Position numbers and translations under genes: made by a program
In this document: positions 56,652 to 64,000 of the stretch, in pieces
Layout of the letters: each line of letters starts with the position of its first letter
Numbering within the stretch: position 1 is the stretch's first letter
NCBI GenBank assembly: GCA_030674455.1
Contig: JAUSGQ010000006.1
Location: forward strand, 15,654-79,653
Reading direction: 5' to 3'
Source of the DNA: a bacterium
GTDB lineage: Bacteria > Patescibacteriota > Minisyncoccia > Phycocordibacterales > UBA2100
DNA length: 64,000 bases
Notes under the pieces: generated by a model
Told to the model about the DNA's origin: nothing
The model's input: the letters and a program-made list of their open reading frames with translations, nothing else
Databases searched by the model: none

Positions 56652-59228
56652 ATGGGGATGTCATTTTGGAAGGGGCTTTTAGGGGACGATAATTCCGCCG
56701 CTCTTAAGCGCGCACAGCCTATTGTCACTCAAGTTAACGCGCTTGAGAACGAAATGCGCGCTTTATCAGACGCGGAATTGATCGATACAACAAATAAACT
56801 TCGTCAGGAGCTTGAATCGGGAAAGACCCTTGATGAAATTGCTTCGCGGGCGTTTGCGCTCGTGCGCGAATCCTCGAGGCGTACGCTCGGAGAGCGCCAT
56901 TTTGATGTTCAGCTCATCGGCGGCATGATCCTGCATAATGGAGACATAGCGGAAATGAGAACTGGCGAAGGAAAGACGCTCGTCGCAACCTTACCCGCGT
57001 ATCTAAACGCTCTTTCGGGTAAAGGTGTGCATATTGTTACGGTCAACGACTATCTATCTCGCCGCGATGCGGTGTGGATGGGGCAGATATACCACGCCCT
57101 CGGTTTGTCTGTAGGAGTCATCAATAATGACAGTTCATTTTTATACGACCCAAGCAGTGTGTCTGAAAGTACGTCGGGCGAAAGCTCCAAGCTCCAAGCT
57201 CCAAGCTCCAATCAAAATCCAAATACCAATGATCAAAATCAAAAACTGGACGAAATTCGGGACGCAACAGGGAGTTTCCACGTAGTCCATGAATTCCTGC
57301 GCCCGTGTTCCCGTACGGAGGCGTATGCGGCCGATATTACGTACGGAACGAATAATGAGTTCGGCTTCGATTACTTGCGCGACAACATTGAATACACTCC
57401 TGCCACGCTCCGGCAACGCGGATATAACTATGCGATAGTAGACGAAATAGACTCCATATTGATAGACGAGGCGCGCACTCCGCTCATCATATCCGCGCCC
57501 GTTGCGGATGCCGAGCGCCTGTATGACCGATTCGCGGTAATTGCAAGGAAGCTTATTCCAAAGGAGGATTATACGATTGACGAAAAACATAAACAAATAG
57601 AGCTTTCCGACTCTGGAATTGAAAAGGCGCAACTCGAACTCGGAGTCGGAAACATATATACCGAAAAGGGAATTAAATACGTACACCATTTAGAGACAGC
57701 GGTGCGCGCGGAGGCGCTTTTTCATAAAGACAAAGAGTACGTTGTTCGCAATAATGAGGTCGTAATAGTCGACGAATTTACGGGCAGATTACAGCCGGGG
57801 AGGCGGTGGAGCGAAGGGCTGCACCAGGCTATTGAAGCCAAGGAGGGAGTTAGCGTTCAACAAGAATCGCGCACCTTTGCCTCGATTACATTCCAGAATT
57901 ATTTCCGCCTGTATGAAAAACTTGGCGGAATGACAGGCACGGCCATGACGTCTTCCGAGGAATTTTATAAAGTGTATGGCCTTAATACCGTTGCCGTGCC
58001 TACAAATAAGCCGTCTGCAAGAATAGACCATGAGGACCTTATCTTTCAGACTGAAGCCGGCAAATATAAAGCGGTTGCAAGAAAAGTGCGTGAACTAAAC
58101 AAAAAAGGTCAGCCGGTTCTTGTGGGGACTGCGTCAGTGGAGAAAAACGAATTGCTAAGTGCGCATTTCAAGCAAGAGGGTATTCCGCACGAAATGTTGA
58201 ACGCGAAGAACCATGAAAGGGAAGGGGAAATAATCGCGCAAGCGGGTCGCTATGGTGCAGTAACCATTGCGACCAACATGGCAGGCCGCGGCGTAGACAT
58301 CAAGCTGGGTGGAAATCCCACGACAGACGAGGAGTACGACAAAGTAAAAGCACTCGGCGGCCTCTATGTGCTTGCGACTGAGCGCCATGAAGCGAGGCGA
58401 ATAGACAATCAATTGCGAGGCCGTTCGGCGCGGCAGGGCGACCCCGGAGAAACTGAATTTTTTGTTTCTCTCGAAGACTCTCTGATGCGTATTTTCGCCT
58501 CGGATATTATCAAGCGGGTTATGGGCACGTTCAAAATTCCGGAGGATGAGCCGATTTACAATTCGATGATAACGAAATCTCTTGAGAAGGCGCAGACTCG
58601 CATCGAGGAGATGAATTTTGATATGCGTAAACACGTTCTCGCGTACGACGATGTTCTCAACATCCAGAGACAGAGTATTTATTCTCGCAGGCGTGCTTTA
58701 TTGGTGGGCGGCAAAGATGCAATCGATTCCGAACTCGCAAGAATCGGCGAAGCTAACGAAAGTTTCAAAGCTGTCGTCTCAGAGAAGAAAACTGAACTCG
58801 GCGCGTCTTTCCACGAATTGGTGCAAAAGTTTTTATTGCAAACAATTGATTTTCTCTGGGTCGATCACCTGGAAGCAATGGAATATTTGCGTTCAAGCGT
58901 AAATCTGCGCGCGTATGGACAGAGAGATCCGCTTGTCGAGTACAAAAGGGAAGGGCTAAAAATGTTCCAACAAATGGAATCTTCGTACGCGATGCAAATT
59001 GAGAATGTACTTCCAAACCTCAAAGGCGAGGTAAATGTAAGCGCAGAAGCCAAAGTTATCCACAACGCAGTTCGCTCGATAACTCTCGGTTCCTCGCTAC
59101 CTAATCAGGAGAAATTCGAGCGCAACGACAAAGTCGTAATTACCGACGGCAAGGAAAACAGAGAGATGAAATTCAAGAAAGCTGAAGCACTTCTTGCAAC
59201 AGGCAAGTGGAAGATAGTTGGGAATTGA
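56652..59228 (+). CDS. secA: Preprotein translocase SecA
   Basis: MRTGEGKT, VTVNDYL, DEIDSILIDEARTPLIIS, ATNMAGRG, RRIDNQLRGR. Confidence 0.98.
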   Translation: MGMSFWKGLLGDDNSAALKRAQPIVTQVNALENEMRALSDAELIDTTNKLRQELESGKTLDEIASRAFALVRESSRRTLGERHFDVQLIGGMILHNGDIAEMRTGEGKTLVATLPAYLNALSGKGVHIVTVNDYLSRRDAVWMGQIYHALGLSVGVINNDSSFLYDPSSVSESTSGESSKLQAPSSNQNPNTNDQNQKLDEIRDATGSFHVVHEFLRPCSRTEAYAADITYGTNNEFGFDYLRDNIEYTPATLRQRGYNYAIVDEIDSILIDEARTPLIISAPVADAERLYDRFAVIARKLIPKEDYTIDEKHKQIELSDSGIEKAQLELGVGNIYTEKGIKYVHHLETAVRAEALFHKDKEYVVRNNEVVIVDEFTGRLQPGRRWSEGLHQAIEAKEGVSVQQESRTFASITFQNYFRLYEKLGGMTGTAMTSSEEFYKVYGLNTVAVPTNKPSARIDHEDLIFQTEAGKYKAVARKVRELNKKGQPVLVGTASVEKNELLSAHFKQEGIPHEMLNAKNHEREGEIIAQAGRYGAVTIATNMAGRGVDIKLGGNPTTDEEYDKVKALGGLYVLATERHEARRIDNQLRGRSARQGDPGETEFFVSLEDSLMRIFASDIIKRVMGTFKIPEDEPIYNSMITKSLEKAQTRIEEMNFDMRKHVLAYDDVLNIQRQSIYSRRRALLVGGKDAIDSELARIGEANESFKAVVSEKKTELGASFHELVQKFLLQTIDFLWVDHLEAMEYLRSSVNLRAYGQRDPLVEYKREGLKMFQQMESSYAMQIENVLPNLKGEVNVSAEAKVIHNAVRSITLGSSLPNQEKFERNDKVVITDGKENREMKFKKAEALLATGKWKIVGN

Positions 59229-59497
59229 GCTTGTCTCGGACCTCCGAGATGTTCCGATATATCGAGCCATCTCGGACGTGTCTCGGATTACCATGTGGTT
59301 CATATGCATTGGTGAATGGAAGCTCAAATTTGCAAAATACAATTTGCAATTTGCAAATTAAATCTAAAATCGCAATTCTCAAGCTATACCATCATGAAAA
59401 CACGGCCGATGCAAATGCCTTTTGTAATTTCTGTATTGTGATTTTGTTTGCAAATTATGGTTTGGAGCTTGCAAATTCAACGTGTTACAGTGCCCGC

Positions 59498-61528
59498 ATG
59501 GCAACATACGTTCCCACGATAGGACTTGAGATTCATGCCGAGCTCAAAACCAGGACCAAAATGTTCTGTAGTTCAAAGAACGATGCCGACGAAGTGCGCC
59601 CAAATTTTAATGTCTGCCCCGTCTGCCTCGCGCATCCGGGCACGCTTCCTGTTATCAACCAGGAAGCCGTGAGGCACGTACTGCGGGTAGGGAACGCGCT
59701 TAAGGGAACTATCGCCGATTATACGGAATTCGATAGAAAGAATTATTTTTATCCCGACCTTCCGAAGGGCTATCAAATTAGCCAATACGAATACCCCTTA
59801 GTTTCTGGGGGCTCGCTTAACGAGGTGCAGATTACAAGAATCCATCTCGAGGAAGACACCGCCTCGCTGATGCACGCCGAAGAACATCAGCGGATATCCG
59901 CGGATATGAATCTGCGACAATCTGCGTCCTTGGTGGATTACAATCGCGCAGGAGTACCACTGATGGAGTTGGTGACAGAACCAGTTATCAAAAGTGCGGA
60001 AGAAGCCGGAACGTTTGCCCGAGAATTACAGCTGCTTCTTCGATACTTGAACGCTAGCGAGGCGAATATGGAAAAGGGAGAAATGCGCGTAGAAGCCAAC
60101 GTCTCTGTCGCTAAAGCGCCAGAGACCGCGGATTCACGCGGATACGAAGAGCGGATTCACGCGGATACAGAAGACACGAAGTTGTTATATAAGGAATTGA
60201 CTTATAAAATCAGGGGAGCCGCATTTGCAGTCTATAACGTCCTTGGTAGCGGCCACAAAGAATCCGTATATCAAAATGCTTTTGCGGAACATTTAAAAAA
60301 GGTAGGTATTTCATACGCAAAAGAGCAGAGCATTGGCGTGTCTTATGAAGGGAAACGGGTAGGGAGTTATCAGCCGGACTTCGTGATAGACAATAAAATC
60401 ATAATAGAATTAAAGGCACTTCCGTTTGTCGGGGATATAGAGAGAAGGCAAGTTCGTTACTATCTCAAAAACTCATCCTATCGACTCGCGTTACTCATCA
60501 ATTTCGGTTCGAGCCCCATCGGTATTGAAAGGATCGTATACGATCATATCCGCCATCAAACGCAGATAAGCGCTGATTCCCATCCGCGGATATCCGCTGA
60601 TAATCCGCGTATATCTGCGGAGTTAGGCACAAAGGTAGAGATAAAGAACCTGAACTCGTTTCGCATTATGGAAAAAGCAGTCGCGTATGAAATTAAACGC
60701 CAACAAGAATTGCTTGAACGTGGCGAGAAAGTTGCGCAGGAGACCAGGGGGTGGGATGAGAAGACAGGCAAAACGTTCTCACAACGGGTGAAAGAGGGTA
60801 GCGCTGACTACCGATATTTCCCCGATCCTGACTTACCATCATTGAAATTATCTGAAGTTGAAGAATTCCTAACCGACGCACTCCTAAAAGATATGCCGGA
60901 GCTACCCGCAGAACGCAGGGCGCGTTATAAAGGCCTTGGCATAAAGGCTGAAGACGCCGACTTGTATGTACGCGAGACTCGTCTCGGAGGGTACTTTGAA
61001 GCTGTTGTTGAGGGTTACAAGCCGCAATCTCGCGAGCTTATTCTGGCATCTAACTACATCGCGAATGACCTTGTTAAGATTATCCGACTTCGCTCCGCCG
61101 AAGCTCGTAAGAGCGAAGGAGAGGATAAGGGAGCTCCGTCGAGACAAGTCCGAGATATGGAAGAACGAGATTCAGAAGTCCAACCCGAGTTTCTTATATC
61201 AGCTCGATATTTCCAAGAGATAATTAGGATGCTCTGTGCCAACGAAATATCTTCTAGAGCGGCTAAAGACTTGCTCGCCTTGTCTATCTCGGAGAAGCGG
61301 AGCCCGTCCGAGATTGCTAAAGAAAAGGGTTTATTCCAAACGATTTCGACATCGGATATCGAGGCAGTCATTGCGGAGGTAATCTTGAAGAATCCCAGGG
61401 TTGTGTCTGATTTTAAGGCCGGTAAGACAGCTTCATTGGAGTATCTGATTGGGCAGTGTATCAAAGCATTGCGCGGCGCAGGCGACCCTATAATGCTTAG
61501 GGCGCTCATTTTGAAGCAACTAGAATAA
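59498..61528 (+). CDS. gatB: Asp/Glu-tRNA amidotransferase subunit B with an in-frame GxxExxY insertion
   Basis: IGLEIH, PGTLP, RKNYFYPDLPKGYQISQ, IHLEED, DYNRAGVPL.E, KVEIKNLNS, DYRYFPDPDL. Confidence 0.95.
   Translation: MATYVPTIGLEIHAELKTRTKMFCSSKNDADEVRPNFNVCPVCLAHPGTLPVINQEAVRHVLRVGNALKGTIADYTEFDRKNYFYPDLPKGYQISQYEYPLVSGGSLNEVQITRIHLEEDTASLMHAEEHQRISADMNLRQSASLVDYNRAGVPLMELVTEPVIKSAEEAGTFARELQLLLRYLNASEANMEKGEMRVEANVSVAKAPETADSRGYEERIHADTEDTKLLYKELTYKIRGAAFAVYNVLGSGHKESVYQNAFAEHLKKVGISYAKEQSIGVSYEGKRVGSYQPDFVIDNKIIIELKALPFVGDIERRQVRYYLKNSSYRLALLINFGSSPIGIERIVYDHIRHQTQISADSHPRISADNPRISAELGTKVEIKNLNSFRIMEKAVAYEIKRQQELLERGEKVAQETRGWDEKTGKTFSQRVKEGSADYRYFPDPDLPSLKLSEVEEFLTDALLKDMPELPAERRARYKGLGIKAEDADLYVRETRLGGYFEAVVEGYKPQSRELILASNYIANDLVKIIRLRSAEARKSEGEDKGAPSRQVRDMEERDSEVQPEFLISARYFQEIIRMLCANEISSRAAKDLLALSISEKRSPSEIAKEKGLFQTISTSDIEAVIAEVILKNPRVVSDFKAGKTASLEYLIGQCIKALRGAGDPIMLRALILKQLE
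60126..60620 (+). mobile_element. Inverted-repeat-bounded GxxExxY (PD-(D/E)XK) cassette inside gatB
   Basis: LGSGHKESVY, QPDFVID..IIELK, LLINFG; flanking arms complementary; 495 nt = 165 codons. Confidence 0.88.
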
Positions 61529-61647
61529 GATATCTCGGTATCTGCGAGAATCTGCGGGAATTTCCTGCGAGAATCTGCGTCTAGAGTAATCCACAGGTAG
61601 GCCCCAGGAGGACATCATAAGGGAATATCTGGTATATAATAAAATGC

Positions 61648-62673
61648 ATGTCAGACGAACTAACAATCGACTCGCAGACTTTTATCTCGTCTAAACGAGC
61701 ATCGGAGTTAAGCGGATATGAGCAGGATTACATAGGCCAGCTTTGTCGTGGAGGTAGCATAACTGCGCGCAGAGTGGGTGGGCTTTGGTATGTGTCGGAA
61801 GAATCTCTTATGAGCTATAAAAAGGGTGCCGCGCAGTATAAGCCGGAGCCACCGCTAAATACCGGCGAGATAGCTCGACCGGATTCATTGGTTTCTTTTG
61901 ACGGCAGGGGTTATATCTCAACATCCCGCGCGGCGAAAATTACCGGATACACACCAGATTATGTGGGACAAATGGCCAGAGCCGGCATTATCCCGTCACG
62001 GCAGGTAGGAAATCGATGGTATGTCGAGCAATCGGGCATATTGAGGCACAAGGAGAGTAAGGACGCCCTATTAGCGGCCGTACAGGTTCAATCTGTTGGT
62101 ATTACGAATCAGAAAGCCACGGAAGTTGAGAGTGATATGGCCGTGGCACCATTACTGAAGTATGTCAGCGATAATCGCGAACTCCTCCCATCTATGGGCG
62201 AATCAGCAGACCGTCTACAGGTGCCGACCATAGACCGGTCGGCCCGTCTACAGGCGAATCAGCAGACTTCGTGGCTCGGCCTGCCGATGCCTACCCCATC
62301 GGCCTTCGTGGCTAGGCCTGCCGATATCAGATCTCCTGAAGCGGAGATGGCAAACGAGGAGGTTGCAGAGCAGGAACATGTCATCCCGATACGGATACAT
62401 CATAATAGCCGAAATATTGCTAAGAATAAGGCCTTTTTTAAGCCAGTGGCTGTAATACCAAGAAAGTCCTTATTGCCGATGTTGTTGCCGGTTGGAATGT
62501 TCACGATAGTGATTGTCCTTTCGCTTGGATTCGTTTCTCTGAAAAGGTCATCCACCTATACAAGCCGCGGAACAGCCCAATTGGCGAGCGTAGGCATGAA
62601 CTTCGTAGGAAAAGTCGGAGATTCCCTTGAGAACTGGTTCATACCTGAAATCGTTTACCAAAGGACCAATTAA
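61648..62673 (+). CDS. Protein with two excisionase-like HTH domains and a C-terminal TM helix
   Basis: ISSKRASELSGYEQDYIGQLCR..RRVGGLWYV and ISTSRAAKITGYTPDYVGQMAR..RQVGNRWYV. Confidence 0.85.
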   Translation: MSDELTIDSQTFISSKRASELSGYEQDYIGQLCRGGSITARRVGGLWYVSEESLMSYKKGAAQYKPEPPLNTGEIARPDSLVSFDGRGYISTSRAAKITGYTPDYVGQMARAGIIPSRQVGNRWYVEQSGILRHKESKDALLAAVQVQSVGITNQKATEVESDMAVAPLLKYVSDNRELLPSMGESADRLQVPTIDRSARLQANQQTSWLGLPMPTPSAFVARPADIRSPEAEMANEEVAEQEHVIPIRIHHNSRNIAKNKAFFKPVAVIPRKSLLPMLLPVGMFTIVIVLSLGFVSLKRSSTYTSRGTAQLASVGMNFVGKVGDSLENWFIPEIVYQRTN

Positions 62674-62742
62674 GGCCGATAAAGTTATTCGACAGAAGTT
62701 CCGAGTTACTTACTCGGAGTCTCTTCGGGATTTCGCGCAAAG

Positions 62743-62774
62743 TTTATCCACAGCATACTCACACATTATCCACA
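62743..62774 (+). promoter_or_regulatory. Two perfect DnaA-box 9-mers (TTATCCACA)
   Basis: At 62743 and 62766; single copies also near 7121 and 46779 (reverse). Confidence 0.5.
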
Positions 62775-62814
62775 CGTTATCAAGAATATCTAGTAGAATT
62801 ATAGGTATTCTTGC

Positions 62815-64000
62815 ATGTCCACAGACGAAATCTTTTTCGATGGGACCCCATATATTTCTGCAGTTGCCGCTGCACAGGAAAGTAATCTGACGCGCGATTA
62901 TATCGCGCGTCTTTGCCGGGAGGGACGTATTCGCGCAAAGCGGGTCGGCAAGAATTGGTATGTCGACCACCCATCTCTCAAATCGTTTCTTGTGGAGCAT
63001 AAATTTTCCCTCGATAAACATCGCGCCGAGTTGGCGCGCGAGCGGGCACATGAATATCGGGCCAGTGTAAATAAATCGGTCAAGCCTAGTATCAGCAGCG
63101 ACATCAGGAGTCGCGCGGAAGCAGTGTCGGCGCCGGCTCCTGACCACTCGGTTCCTCCGCGAACCTTGCCGAATTTCAAAGAGCAGGTTCTGCGAAAATT
63201 CTCCTCGAGAAATATTTCTTTGCCGGTTGGAATTGGAGACTCAGCACTGCGTCTTGCGACGCATGCGACAACCACTCTTAATCCTTTGCCGGTAGAAATC
63301 CTGCATAAACTTACCGCGCTTCTTGTTGCGCTTTCTTTAACAGTGGGAACATACGCCATGACGGACGCAGGCGCCTCTGAATTCGCTAAGGAGATGATGC
63401 GGAGTACGGCTCTCGCAGTCAGTCATCCAAGCGAGATTCCACTCGTGCAGGATATGAAAAGCCAGCTCGCCGCCGTCCTTGACCCCGCGTGGCCGTCTAC
63501 AGGTGCCGATGCCAAACTCATCGGCAAGTTCATGGGAGCTGTTAAGAATTTCGCGCGCTTGTTCAACGAAAGCGTCGACCGAGCCGTCTACGCGATTGCA
63601 TTTACGGATTCTCTGCTGCAATTACCGAACTCTCTTTCAGAAGATAGCTATTTTGCAGGTTCCGGAACGCGCGCATCTGTCGCGGTACGCGTTGACGGGC
63701 GCGCTCCTATAAACGTTCCGCAAAGCGGAACGTCGGTTAAAGCCCCTGACTCTTCGAAGAACGTTTTTGCCGGAACGACCATCATCAACAACAATCCCGT
63801 CGTCGAGCGCGTCCTCCAAACAGAACGCGTTGTTGCAATGGGAGGAATATCCGAAGATGTTTTGAACCAAAAAATCAACCAGCTGGACAACAAGCTGACA
63901 AGCAAAATGTTCTCGCTTTCAGCGGCAAATTCAACAACAATTGCACAGAACTATGTGGTAACCGCCCACTCAAACAAAATCGACCAGCTCAATAGCGTGA
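62815..64000 (+). CDS. Large protein with N-terminal HTH and TM, truncated by the window end (absent from the ORF track)
   Basis: Manual translation MSTDEIFFDGTPYISAVAAAQESNLTRDYIARLCREGRIRAKRVGKNWYVD; frame appears open to 64000. Confidence 0.85.
   Translation, partial: MSTDEIFFDGTPYISAVAAAQESNLTRDYIARLCREGRIRAKRVGKNWYVDHPSLKSFLVEHKFSLDKHRAELARERAHEYRASVNKSVKPSISSDIRSRAEAVSAPAPDHSVPPRTLPNFKEQVLRKFSSRNISLPVGIGDSALRLATHATTTLNPLPVEILHKLTALLVALSLTVGTYAMTDAGASEFAKEMMRSTALAVSHPSEIPLVQDMKSQLAAVLDPAWPSTGADAKLIGKFMGAVKNFARLFNESVDRAVYAIAFTDSLLQLPNSLSEDSYFAGSGTRASVAVRVDGRAPINVPQSGTSVKAPDSSKNVFAGTTIINNNPVVERVLQTERVVAMGGISEDVLNQKINQLDNKLTSKMFSLSAANSTTIAQNYVVTAHSNKIDQLNSV

Noticed and set aside
59207-59497. 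97-aa N-terminal extension of GatB in the ORF track
   Set aside because: Read-through of heptamer repeats overlapping the secA end; homology starts at ATG 59498 after a -10 box
60126-60620. Intein in GatB
   Set aside because: No N-terminal Cys/Ser, no C-terminal His-Asn followed by Cys/Ser/Thr, and no HINT motifs
62700-62810. Replication origin
   Set aside because: Only two DnaA boxes, no dnaA/dnaN nearby, and the 9-mer is scattered through the window

Overview
Chromosomal window from a Patescibacteria (CPR) bacterium, most likely Parcubacteria such as Kaiserbacteria. This is inferred from gene content: NusB-NUDIX fusion, short SMC, short ThrRS, stand-alone PaaX/Cas2-like protein, sortase, giant Ig-repeat surface proteins and mostly leaderless genes. 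Genetic code 11. It contains housekeeping genes (obgE, typA, thrS, dnaE, rnhB, rpmF, nusB, rnc, smc, rpsP, secA, gatB), ilvBN with a Val/Leu attenuator, surface and secreted proteins, a RelE-type toxin-antitoxin pair and a frameshifted DUF3800 gene. No rRNA, tRNA, CRISPR array or transposase was recognised. The main unexplained signal is a dense set of palindromic elements. (1) A 495-nt cassette encoding an intact GxxExxY PD-(D/E)XK domain, bracketed by inverted repeats, sits in frame inside gatB; removing it precisely restores a canonical-looking GatB. (2) A 227-bp TIR element is inserted twice, each time at a start codon with a target duplication that regenerates the ATG. (3) Small regulator or nuclease-like genes are each bracketed by their own palindrome. 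(4) At least four families of short hairpin or heptamer elements are inserted in frame in more than 12 proteins, several nested in each other. All calls come from motif recognition by eye; no searches were run.
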